A DNA stretch of 64,000 nucleotides from Balanoglossus misakiensis (Eukaryota > Animalia > Hemichordata). Numbering within the stretch: position 1 is the stretch's first letter; each line of letters starts with the position of its first letter. The notes beneath the pieces are model-generated. The model saw nothing but the letters and a program-made list of their open reading frames with translations, was not told the origin of the DNA and did not search any database. Shown piece by piece: positions 51,850 through 64,000 of the stretch. The position numbers were made by a program, and so were the translations under genes. The DNA lies in NCBI GenBank assembly GCA_040954595.2, contig CM082579.2:2906345-2970344 (forward strand), in the 5' to 3' direction.

Positions 51850-54800
51850 CTCGGTCTGTCTGTTTTTCTGTCTGTCTGCAGCACTCGTGAAGCATTCGGT
51901 GCTCATGTATTTACACATGGAATAAGTCTGACGTTTTTACTGTGTTTGACTGTTTTTTGTTTCCCCCAGTATGCATATGCACGGTTTTTTTCACACAGTT
52001 GGCAATTTCGATATTATGCGTGACGAAAATAACGAAATCAGGGCTTTGCTATTAAAACTGGCAATGACCGACGCCATATGGGGTTTAATTGAAGTGCGTT
52101 CCCTTGCAAATGTAATCCGGTGTCGGCCACATGTTTTTGAGGAGTATGTTGAGCCCCAGAAGTCGACCACGCCCCGCTTTGCACAGTCGCTATTGCTGAG
52201 CGAAATCTAATCTGAAATGCACAAATAACCAATACTACAAAACTAAAATGTAGAGAATGTAGCAAAATACTATAGGGTTAACTTCTCGTTGGCACAGGCG
52301 AGAATCACAAACTCACTGTTGGTTAAATTTATTTGGGTCAGATGGTGGAGAAGAGAGTGGTTAAATTAGATTATTCGTTGTTAAAACAGACCGTGTTTTA
52401 TGGTGCAGTATTGGCATTTCGATTAGGTTTGCAAAGATTTATTCGTTGGTGAAGTTGTAAAAACTTAAATTTGTTTCTCTCGGCCTGCTAGCTTTAATGT
52501 TGCTGTGATCGTCAAATGCATGATGAATACCTAACTCACTTGGTAGACACCAAATGTGTTTTTGTTTTGTAAAGGAGTACTTTTTCTAATGCCCTGGTGA
52601 AATGTCTGAATACTACAATTTAACATGGTGGGAGGAAAAGAGTGGCGTTTAACGCAGATCACGTGACTGATCATTGGATGGGGAGGGACCGAGGGAGGCG
52701 TATGATCTTTGATGTCCAGCCCGTTGCGAAAGAAAATATCGATGAACGTGAGAAGGGCACATGGCCTTGACCTTGGATTTATTTCGAAAGGAGTTGTTTT
52801 TGTCCATTCTTGAGCAAATAAAATGACCACAAATCGAAGACATATTGAGCCAATTTGCCAAACATAAAAACGCACGTGTGTGAGAAATGTCTTTGTCAGT
52901 GTACAAATTTCTAACACAACTGAGCAGCCGGCTCGGATTTCAGGAAAATGACAATAATTATGAAGATTGAAATAAAATGGTCGTCTTGTTCTGCATAATT
53001 GTAATGTACAGGTAAGTTGTAGTTCTTCGTCCTTACAACAAAATGACAAAAGAAAATACTGTATCACCACGCTTGATTTTTTGATAGAGCTTTTCAGATA
53101 GTTTCACCATAGGAAAACTGTAGCATGAGGATCGCAAGAAATAAGCTGACTCAGCATTCACAAAGAGCTCGCAGACAATCCCAATTGTAATGTAAATATT
53201 TCAAATTTTAACAATTTTACGATACAACATCTATACGCTTAGAGAAGAACCCGTCTGATAGTCTAAGAGGATACATCTGAAATAATACGTGTCAGGTTTT
53301 CAAGTGTGACATTCAGCACTTATCTGTCAGTTCTAGGACAAGATAACTTATCATTTACATGACGCAAATCACAATGATTGGCGATGTCGCAATAATTCGT
53401 TTTGACGGGTGACGTGAACAGTCACTATAAAATCTTTTTGTTGTGTTCAGTCATAAAAACCCCCCTCCCCAATATACGTACAAAAAAGATCGTTGGCCTG
53501 TTGTCTACATCTGTTTTGAATCGATTGTGTTGAATTAGTTGATCCCCACACGAGCAATGTGAACAGTTTACACCACACCAACGTGTTGTATGCATGGACA
53601 GCCTTGAAATTTCACATCCCGCCACAAAAGTCACTAAACGAGAAGGTTATCAACGGCACCGACAGAGACCCACAAATTCGTAACGTAACAATGTAATCCC
53701 CTCCGCCCTTGTGATTCGAGCGGTTCCGAGTTCCGTATTCCCATCCATATCTCTAGTTTCAGTGTTTATTTTTGGTCCAACCGTTTAGTTTCTCACGAAA
53801 GCGTCAAATGGTTTGGTTGTACGGAGGCCAGCATTAATGCACGGCCCTCTGAGTTGGTCGCAACCGAGTCGGCGTTTACTCCCAGACTACCGGGGAATGC
53901 TGAGCCGTTTGTCGGCTGGTCGACATTGACACGTCTCGATAGCACTGGTCCCCTAATGGGTGACAGAGCCCCGCTACAGCGCTGCTGGCCTTCACAGCTT
54001 TGTTATTGACTATTTGGACATAGATAAAACATACATAAAGATGGTTCAATGCTTGAGTGAATCGATATCTCCAAGCTCTTGTTGGTGGAAAATTTCCTAT
54101 AACACAACATGCCCACAAAAAGCACCGAATCTGTCACGCGTGAAGTAGTTTTCATTCTCTTGAAAATCTGAAAGCTCTGGGTGGATATCTTCATTAAATT
54201 GAACTAAATAATTTCAGCACGCCATTTAAGGATGAGAATCATACTCTTTCCATCCACAATAAAACCATTCAAAATGCATTCCCACCCAAACAGGTGATAA
54301 ACTGGCGTTTTTCCAGCGAAGCCAATCGCATGTCGTCTGCCAAATTTCTGATACGGATTCTCCAAATGGCAGTAAGGGATAAATATGGTATCAGACAAAT
54401 GGCATGCCTTCAAAACTCTTTTCCAGACTATAAATATAACAGCATTTGTATTCGCTGTGCCGATGCGAACAATTAACTTGGAACAGAATATGATTCAAAT
54501 TAACATAAGAAGAGATATTAACAGCGAATGTTTTATCCGTCAGTTGTCGAAGGTAGATATTCAAACATTCATATTATTTACAAAAAATCATTTTCACACG
54601 ATAAAATCTTGTCTCGCACCACAGACACGCACTGGTGTTGTCTGTTGAAAACACGCTAACATTTATCGCGTAACTCTGCATTTTAAAATAGTGCAAAGAC
54701 GGCTAAACCTCTTTACCATTAAAATACTTTAAATCAACATTTGGAACTGCACATTTGTACTAGCTTGTGATCCACGTTGCGTTTACGGAGGAAATGTTTC

Positions 54801-57800
54801 AAAGATTATCTTCTAATTTACAATATTTGAAAAGATTATTGTTTTAGAAGCCGGACGCTTGACGATATAGCGATGTAGTCATTTTTACGCCCGTGCCATC
54901 CGCGACATACAGCTGTCGATGAGTCAAATCCAATCCGTCGCATCCGATCACACCAATCAAATCAAACCAAGTTATATCACATCATGTCACATCACCCCGA
55001 CACAACACAACACGTAGTTCTATCACTGACTCAGATACAAATCTTATCATATGGGCCGAATTTTGCCACATTTCTTCAAAAGCTTGACAACTGCATATTT
55101 CAACTATGACATGCATATTGCAGGCCTTTAAAAATACACAATATTATATTTTCAAACATTTATGAGGAAAATTGCATTTGTTGCAATGATTGTTTTATAT
55201 TGAATACAGAAAATGGACCAGTAAAATATCTTCGAAACCAGATTACCGCCGTGGTCCTATGACGTCATGGTCGCTGTGATAGAATATTCCCACGCGGGGA
55301 TTCTTTTTCATAATTTTCACAATGTGATGTTAGCTAGTCTAATCTCTTGTGGGTTTTAGGCTCAGCCGAGACACATGTACTTCTATCCCGCAAAATTCGT
55401 TTTACTGATCGGTTGATCTGAATACCGCGGATTTTAAAAATACGCAAGTTGTCCGCCTCCATGATATTTTTTTAAGTTCGAAGCAATCTGTTCGCCATGC
55501 TGCACGACTCGAATGTTGTCGCGCGAAACAGGATAAAGTTAAAATTTCCCGAAATCAATACAATTAACAGGCGTGATTTTAAAATGTTGTGATTCACTTT
55601 GAATAAGTTCACGTGCTCTCTTTTCATCTTTTCGGACATTTGACTTAAGGAAGAGGTTCGGTGATACTTTGTGATGTTACGGCGATGAAAAATGATTGTA
55701 TGTGGTAGCTTTTTGTCCAGATAACTGGATGGGCCGGGACACGGCTACGAACATACAGTCAGGTCTTATCAAGTTAAATTCAGGACAGTCTTAGCTTTCG
55801 TTTATCTTTTCGTGAAAAGATCAACCTGGCCAATAATTGGCCGAAGTCGCCGTTCTTTCTCTTGCCAGCTACGACTGTGGTTTATTGATATGGTAAGAAT
55901 CTGACTTTAAAAACCCATACTACCTCTGAGTTCCAGCGAGAAACACGAACTTAAGCACGACCATGTCAACTGGATGGCAAAATATCACAGCTTCCAACAA
56001 GCTCAGAGTGCGAGAATCGACTCGAGATCTTGGTAGTCGCAGTTTGATGTACAGTTGCTGTGGTTAGTTTCTTTATAGTGACAGTTGGCCGACAACCGAC
56101 AGTATCTGCCATAAATCGTAATATACACATCAGTAAATTGGCCAAGTACTTTAGAAGTGAGACACACGGTGTATCGCCTGGTCCAATTTGAAAACAACCG
56201 TTATGCAACTCGACCGATTACTGCTAAAAACAACAAGTTACGAGTAGTGTAGAGTGCAATCAGCCCATCAAATTGACACAATAAACTCACCGGCGATAAT
56301 ATACGACTGTAATGTTTACTGTTAGTTTAACGGAGCCATAAGTGAAAAGTGTGCCCTAAATCATTAATTGAGTAGAAAGCTCTCGACGCGACGAGGACTC
56401 CATAAAGTCGCCTTTTCGTACATTTTACAGTTATTGTTTCACCCGACTCCTATCAGCAGCTACAGAGCTACAGACACTGTAAACTTTCAGTGTTCGTAGC
56501 ACCGAGAAAACACAGTATTTCCCTGCCTGTGACTGGTCCCAGCGCGTCTCTGGGACCTCAGCTCGTGATGTGGAAGTTCTTATTCCGTAACTTTGCCGGG
56601 TCTGACAGAAGTTATTCTAATGTGATATCTAGATGCATTCTGGTCAACAGACAAGTTACGTAAGCCAAGGTGACTCTTTTCAGCCAAGTACAAAGTAGTA
56701 CCAACAATATTCCAAAAAAACGTGTGAGGTTATGAGTGGGACGCTGCCACTTCCAATATTTGGGTGGCTACATATTCCCCCAGGCCCGTGAATTGAATAC
56801 TGATGTCGTCGTCTTACTCAACAGGAGAATATTTAGTGTTTTACAACCAACTTTTCCTTGTTGTTCGTCTGCCTGCAAAGAGGTGGCTTATTGTAACGAA
56901 CGCGCAGGTCGATTCACGTCCGTTCACTGAGATGTATTGTGACAGTCTTTTTTCTTAGAAATAAAAACACATCACGCAGATTAAAGATATGCCACAGCGG
57001 CTGTCACCAGGATTAAATTTGGATTACATTTCGGGGTCATACAGATTCCTGGCGACAATAAAGTTAAAAGAAGTGGGAAGAACTCGGTTCGTCGGATTAA
57101 TTTAATCTTTGACAGCACGGCGATATTCGAAGTAGTTTAGCAAAGTCGTTTGAAAAGAACTCTAAGTGTGCCAACTCGATCCTTAAGTATTTAGACGGTG
57201 TTTTCATCGATTTTGTTTTCTGTTTGTTTGATTCTTTGTTGTGGTAGTTTTTTTCGTTGGAAACTCCGCGCGCGCGTGATCGCGAAAAATGCAGCGCAAG
57301 ACTCGAGAGAGAGGATGACAATGAAATGCAGTGTATGTATTAATTGTGAAGTTTCGCGGTTACCCTTACAAAAATTGACCTCGGAAGTGTGGATTTTTTT
57401 AGACGAAAATTTGTAAATGCAAATCATCAACACGTGGCGAGGGCTATTTAGAATTCAGTTGCATTTCGATTTTAAATTAAATTACAACTAATTTTCAAAA
57501 GTATGTCCAGAATTCTAACCATACTGTAAGTTCTAGTTCAACTGATAGAATTACTTTACTGACTCCGCTATCAAAGATATCGCTGGTTCTCATTAGCGTA
57601 AAACACTCCACGATTCCTTGGTAAAATAGCCCCATTTAATTCTTGGTTCTAAATTGGTGTCACCTTGGAGTCGTTTCGCGAATTATTAATGACCAGCCAG
57701 GTCACGTGACATCGAGGGCCGCCATTTTCAATGCAACATGCGCGCATCCCTGTCATAGCTGCCGATACCGAACATTTTCCGTTGAGGCATATTCGGTTTT

Positions 57801-60800
57801 ACACAAAACTATCCCGGCAGATGACAAAAGACACTTGCTGTTCTTAGAATAAACGGTGTTGACTCAATGAGCGAATTAGGCTCAAATGCAATCTTGAATT
57901 TGACGAATTTATTGGAGCAATCAGATCTTGTACCAACTGTCTTCTTGATCCGCGGCAAAGCAGTATTGCTTCGCCAGTTGGCAACGGTTCGCCTGGGAAA
58001 CACAGCAGACTGCGCCCAGCTAAGCCAAAAACTCCATTAGTTCCGCCTTTTCCCCATAAACATGACCAATATTTGAGTGCCAGTCAACACTTAGAAAATA
58101 TGACTTTTCACATTTCTGTGTACAACCAGGAGAATCCTATATACTCACTGGTTTCTTCGATCAACAACACATAGTACATGTAGTTATTAAATAAATGCGG
58201 GTGATTTCCTCACGTTTTACCGGGAATCGTGCATCAGCTGAAGATAATAACACATTTCAACATGAAAGATAAAGAGATTATTTTTTTCGTACTTTTGAGG
58301 CTTGTTTATATGACGTAAATGCTCTTCTCTATTGCAGATATAAAAATAGTTTTTATCCAAATGGTATTTCATTTTATCATGTTTTCGGTATGACTGGCTC
58401 GCCGTTCAGACAGGACAATATGAGTATCCAGATATCACCTCAACGAATACTGGTTTATCTAAGATACCACAGTGGTAATTACTATACGGACATGCATGTT
58501 GGTGTCGACTCCGTAAAACTGCCAAGCCATGCTTGGAAGTTGGCATCAAGAACAACTCAAGATTCCCTCTTGCGCCGAAGACACACAAGCATTCGCCACG
58601 CTCCAATCATGCTCCAATCAACGACTCGTCGTCACAATATCGACGCAGATCATGAATTAGTCATGCTAAAAAGGACAGACTTTTTAACGGCGATTAGAAT
58701 AACTTCTGTCACGTTTTCTGGTTGTTTTCGTCGATCAAATTAAGCGCCAATGACTAATAGCCGTAAATTCGTTCAAGATGCTGCGGTTTGACCTCAGCTG
58801 TTGGTTGTTTAGGTGCGCCAAATCACGCTCCAGTCAATGTTGTGTCCTAGCGTCATTTTGCAGGTACCTACAACCCGAAGAAAACTGAGACGGTTTCTCT
58901 AAATAGAAGTGTTAATGCAGCCCGGTGCGACTAATGAGGCGTGATGCTGTTTACCTAACCAGAGTTATGGTAATTTCATCACCAACTGAATGAATTTTTC
59001 AACGCTTGAATAAGCCTCATACCAATTTTAAAAAAAACGTCACTCATACATATGATATTCTAACAATTGGTATGGTTTGCTAAAATAAATCTAGCGAGCT
59101 CTCAGCCTCGACGAATAAATAATTCCAACCACTATTGACTGATTGACGTTGTTGTTGCTGTTGTTGTTCTTGTTAGAATATAGATATTTCTTAGGCTGAT
59201 GAAAATGTGACAATATACTGGGCCCATCCTCGTACTGTATGTTTCAGTTTCAGTCAGCAACGATACATGTATTTCGAAGGCAACGAAACATGACGTCCAC
59301 TGGCTTGAGAGAAGGTGGTCGTCACCGTGGCTTGGTACATACTACACCGTGCAGAAGGGACCCTTCTGAATGACCGAAGCCGAAGGAGAAACGGGCATTT
59401 GAAATCGACATAAGGCGTGCAAAACAGAGTTAATGGCGCCGCCGATGTCACTGAAGGATACATACATGGAGAGCACGAGAAACACATGCGATTGTCAGGA
59501 GCGAGGGAATCGCCAGACTATGGTGACACAACTGGTCAATCTATGTCGGTTTTCGCGAAAGAAGGGTAACCCTAAGAAGCCTCGAAGACGTGCAAAAGAC
59601 GTACGAATCTGGTGACAAAAACAGGGGCTAACGAAGCCGTGCAGAAACACCTCTTGTGCTGCGGCATATTGTTTACAATTACATCGCATAAACTGAAGCA
59701 TTGATAAGTTAAAAAGCGGAATTAAAAAATCCCGTTGACATGTATTTTACAGAAACAAAAAAATGTTTGACAAAAAACATGTGTGACAAACAAACTAAGA
59801 GTCATCCATTTTGAGTGGGAGTAAGAAAGCTATACTAGTATTTCAAGGAATTTAAAATTTAGTGTTCCAGAAAAAGATTTTAATTTCCTTTCATTTAGAT
59901 GCTAACGAGTTTTTCTGTAACAATGAATGACACATCGATGATGAAATTCACCCAGTTCACAGTCACTTGCTATATTTCCCACGATCAAAAACGACTGGAA
60001 GCGGGAAAATTCGTAGCCACGAAGAATGCAGGATTTCAAGTGGTCGCCATGGTCTAAAACAATAGCCGGCCAATTTCAAAGACGGGTCTATTGTTTCGAC
60101 GGCCAGTTGCAAACGGTGCAGCTATATTATGATGGTGATTCTCCCGAAGGGACGCGGTGACACCGCTATTGGCCGTGTCTTCTTTCACATTCTTCTATTC
60201 AACGAGGGGGGACTTCGCGGCATCTACAATTAAACCGCATAATGAACACCTATCACACCACGACAATCATGAAGCGAAGCCCGGTCTCTTGGTCTCCCTC
60301 CACGGGGCAGCATGCGCCTGGCGAACGTGCGCTTGAACAGGGTCAGGTTCAACTGTGGCTTGATCGAAAATGTTACAGTCCAGCGAACTAACCCACCCGG
60401 AAAATGCAGCGTGAAACAATACCCGACAGTTTGTCGGGGGTTGAAATCGTCGCAGATTTATAAACCCAAGGCCATCGGACCTGTATTGGTCCGCTTTACA
60501 TGTTGTAATGTGGAGACAGCTTCGACGCTAAGCCGTATCATTTCCGAACGGTATCAATGGACTTGCTAATAGGATTAGCACACGTTTTTCACAAGTTATT
60601 TAACTCGCATAATGGTTTATTTATGTACACAGTCTAATTGTTACAAAAACATGGTAAATTGAACAACGCCGCGATAGAGAACAACACCGTATGACTTTCC
60701 AGCACAGATTTAATGAATACGTAATTGAGTTAGGGTTTTCACGCGCCAATCTGATGGAGTCGATTGCATATGTTATTGTATGGCTTCTTTGATGTCGCCG

Positions 60801-63098
60801 GCGTACAACTCGTCTTCACTGCCACCTAGTCTTTATCCCTGGTTTTGGAACAGTGGAGATGAAAACAGACAACGAAATAAAAGACAACGGGATGCGACGT
60901 GAGCGCGTTCTCTGTGAACTTTACCGCAAACCGCGGGCGACCGGAGGATACGGTTTTATCGCTTTTCCGCCATGACTGATATCAAAAGCCTCGAACGCTG
61001 AAAATAATGAAAAATCTAAAGTAAAGTTCAACAAGTTGACCGGACGCGTGCATGGTACCAAAAAACACTATCAGTGTCTTCATGTCCTTGGGATTTTCTC
61101 GCTCCACTTTTTCGTTTCTGGTGCGACAGGGTCGTAAATACCTCTGATGTGCAGAACCTGGGTTTGAAGTGACAAGTCCACGCATGGTGTGTGCCATCGC
61201 CAAGCTGCACTGCACACACAACCTCTGTACAAACATTCAGTGGACCTCCAAAGTCCTCCTGTGTGATGTCAGACAATTTTTACCGGTGCATTTTTGCTCA
61301 CAACTTTCTCCACGCAACCCCGGGCAGGATATCCAGAATCGCATGGCTTCTCAACTGGTATCCTCAATCGTGTCAATCCGAGCCAAAATAAATAATGTAA
61401 CTATAGAAAACGCACATCTTTCATAATAAATAACTCGCGTCAGACCCTGACTGGTTCTAGCTATTTCCAGAAAGAGGAAGTCACTAAATTATACTAAAAT
61501 ATACCCCCACCTGACTGAGATTATCCTGTCGGTATCCCTGGACGTGTGAAAACAATAATTGTAATAATAAACAAAATTTATCAAATATGGAACCGAGCTC
61601 ACTATTAATAGGGACACCACCAATGTCTACCTGAGGAACTCCAGTGATGGCACGCTTCCTTTGAAATTCCACCAATCGCATTTATTAAACACAGCGGAAA
61701 ATCGTACGTTTATATACTAACAAACTTGTAAATTTTAAATTATATTTTTTAAATTTTAATATTTATCTATTATTATCTATGTTGGATAAAACATGTACAT
61801 TTTGTCAGTAGCTTGGAGAATTTATAATGCGTCACATTTCATCCCCACTTGATGAATTTTTCATTGAAATTTTTATTATGCGTTTGTCAAAAAGTAGATT
61901 CTAAATAAATAAAAAAATAAGCGGGAATGACAACAGTGGGGATTCTTGTTCGAGGGGAGTGTCCGCGTTCATCAGGTAAATATATAATTATAAATTAGCA
62001 CCAAGTTAAACCAAATGATAGCCTTTTGAACTCACTTAATGGACCTATACTCGCATGTAAGGAAACAGTGGTCGATTGAAGGTGTATTTGGAAAGGTGTA
62101 CAGCGCATGTATGTGTCAAACATCATAATTGGTTTCGAGAAAGTACATTAGTAGAAGTAAAGAGTTGGGGAGGGGGGTCAGTAGATGCTTCGGACAACTG
62201 CCACAGCTACTGTTGTGGGAGATACCCACATGAGTGACTGACAAAAATGGGTCGATGATAGACGGGTCTATAACAACTGATGGGACAGTTGTCTCTTCTG
62301 TGACGGACGAGATTTTAAGTGGGAGAGTGTGGGGGTATTCACATGGCCCAGGTTGAAATAGCGAGGTACCATGGGGAGTTAGTTAATAGCCATCATTACA
62401 GTGATGGACCAAATATTTGGAAACTTCAAATGGCAGGGGAAGTTGAACGGACGCTTGCGATGGGAAACCACAGACGGGGAGGATGGTAAAAAAAAGACCA
62501 ACCACCTGTTACGGCCTTGCTAATGTTCGGCGACTTTACCATTCAATTAACATAATCAGTGTCTATTATCCGCAGGTTAAATACACAAACTGTGCATACC
62601 TGTTTGGATTAAACAGTATATGTGAACGTTGCAATCCTATTAGTAGGACATATACTGTTGTATTCTCGTGTTATGGGATAATAAATTGATAAACAAATCG
62701 ATTACCAGCGTGTTTGTAAACACTCCCTTGAGAGAATCCCTAGGGGGAAATTGCGTTTTTACTGTGTTGTTTCTGACAAAATTTCGAGCATCTCCACTGA
62801 GTGTGATATGCGGTGACAGAGTTTTGGCCGTGACAAGGTAAAACCTTCTGGCCTTTTGCTGATCTGACCGGGGAATGAGAGGTATTTGGCAATGGCCAAT
62901 TTCCGAGCTTTTATTTTACTCCAATTTATTATCATGGTTAAGAGCCATATAAACTCGGGCCCTCACCGAATGTTTGTGTAAAAATAACGGGCAGGCTTAT
63001 CACAGAGCCATTAAACACTGATCTCGGTAGGCAATAACACGCCCTGCTAGCTAGGAGTTGATCGCCAACATTTTGCGCGGGGTGTTTATGATCTGAAT

Positions 63099-63119
63099 GG
63101 TCGGTCGGTCGGTCGGTCG
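63099..63119. repeat. (GGTC)5 microsatellite
   Basis: GGTCGGTCGGTCGGTCGGTCG read directly. Confidence 0.85.
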
Positions 63120-64000
63120 TCAGTCACGCTTGGTGACTCGGACATTTTGTCAATCCGATCCCGAACACGGTGAATAGAGAGCGTGCATTTCCTGAGATGT
63201 CAATCACACCTAACCTGTTACTCGGCTACAGTTTACACCTATTGGTCACCGACATTAGAACTGAAAACGAGAATTTTGCCTTAAATGTGGTAGATCACTG
63301 ACACACGACAGACATATCCGTCGTGTTCAGTCCGCGGATAACAACAGCATTTTTAGACAGCCAGTTACCATGTGATTCACTTCTGTGTCCATTTGGTGTT
63401 ATTTATATCTTGTAGTAAATCTATAGCATGATTTTTGCATGGCTGTGGTACTCTTTGTCGAATATTTCAAAAGCACCGAGCAATCTTCTTTTTTATTTTT
63501 AGAAATACCACCTTTGTTTCTTTTTACACACCAAGTGTTCGTAGTGCCGGATCCAGCAAAAGTCGGGTGTGTTTTATTTTGAGTGAAACCGGGAACACAT
63601 GATAGATTTACAAACCTATGTCCGAGCAGAGAATCGAAAATATACGTACATTGTTTCTCATAGAATTCCTCGCTACATCGAACGATTTCTACGGGTACTA
63701 CATTGTTTACGTCTGGTAGCGTAACTGGTCCAGCTGTCTCGCGGCCTGGTTCACCTTAGCTATCTCTAGCGTGGCCTGACTGCTTGCAACAGAGGAAAAC
63801 AATCCAGAGGGCGATTTTCTGACACTTTTACCCCGACACTATTGACTAATCGTGATCTTTTGCCTCCCTGGTGTAATTTTGCCTGTAATTAAGTCGCTAA
63901 TGACGATTGGCCGGGAGTTCGGGGAGACCTAATGAAGTTTAATGCGAAAGCAGATGTGACCAGGTGCCAACGATGCTATATTAATGACTGTATTAGTTCG

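Larger units (their letters stand above)
47993..64000 (-). other. Xlox: Probable Xlox intron (>16 kb, open-ended)
   Basis: No FPWMK-bearing exon in the ORF track or found by eye between 47993 and 64000. Xlox/Pdx genes normally have the hexapeptide in exon 1. Confidence 0.7.

Noticed and set aside
48000-64000. Gsx gene or Xlox exon 1 within the window
   Set aside because: No third homeobox (WFQNRR) or FPWMK motif appears in the ORF track or by eye.

Overview
This is animal genomic DNA, not prokaryotic. It is AT-rich with no obvious CpG depletion, and probably comes from an invertebrate deuterostome such as a hemichordate or echinoderm (inference). The window holds the Cdx end of an apparently intact ParaHox cluster. 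Left to right: (1) a ~7 kb array of an 87-bp satellite (~80 monomers) with two identical internal inversions and higher-order repeats; (2) the two-exon URAD/PRHOXNB gene (OHCU decarboxylase, 'ParaHox cluster neighbor', minus strand, 178 aa, C-terminal SKL), whose intron holds a 1.87-kb foldback transposon with a 6-bp target-site duplication; (3) a complete two-exon Cdx gene (plus strand, 283 aa, 11.7-kb intron); (4) the homeobox exon of Xlox/Pdx (minus strand, tail-to-tail with Cdx), followed by >16 kb in which I found no Xlox exon 1. Gsx is not in the window. The gene system itself is known biology. The most unusual features are the satellite abutting the URAD 3' end, the IS3EU-like foldback element, a perfect 32-bp homeodomain-site palindrome between Cdx and Xlox, an in-frame uORF before Cdx, and a W56F change in the Xlox homeodomain. 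Almost all other ORFs in the track look spurious.
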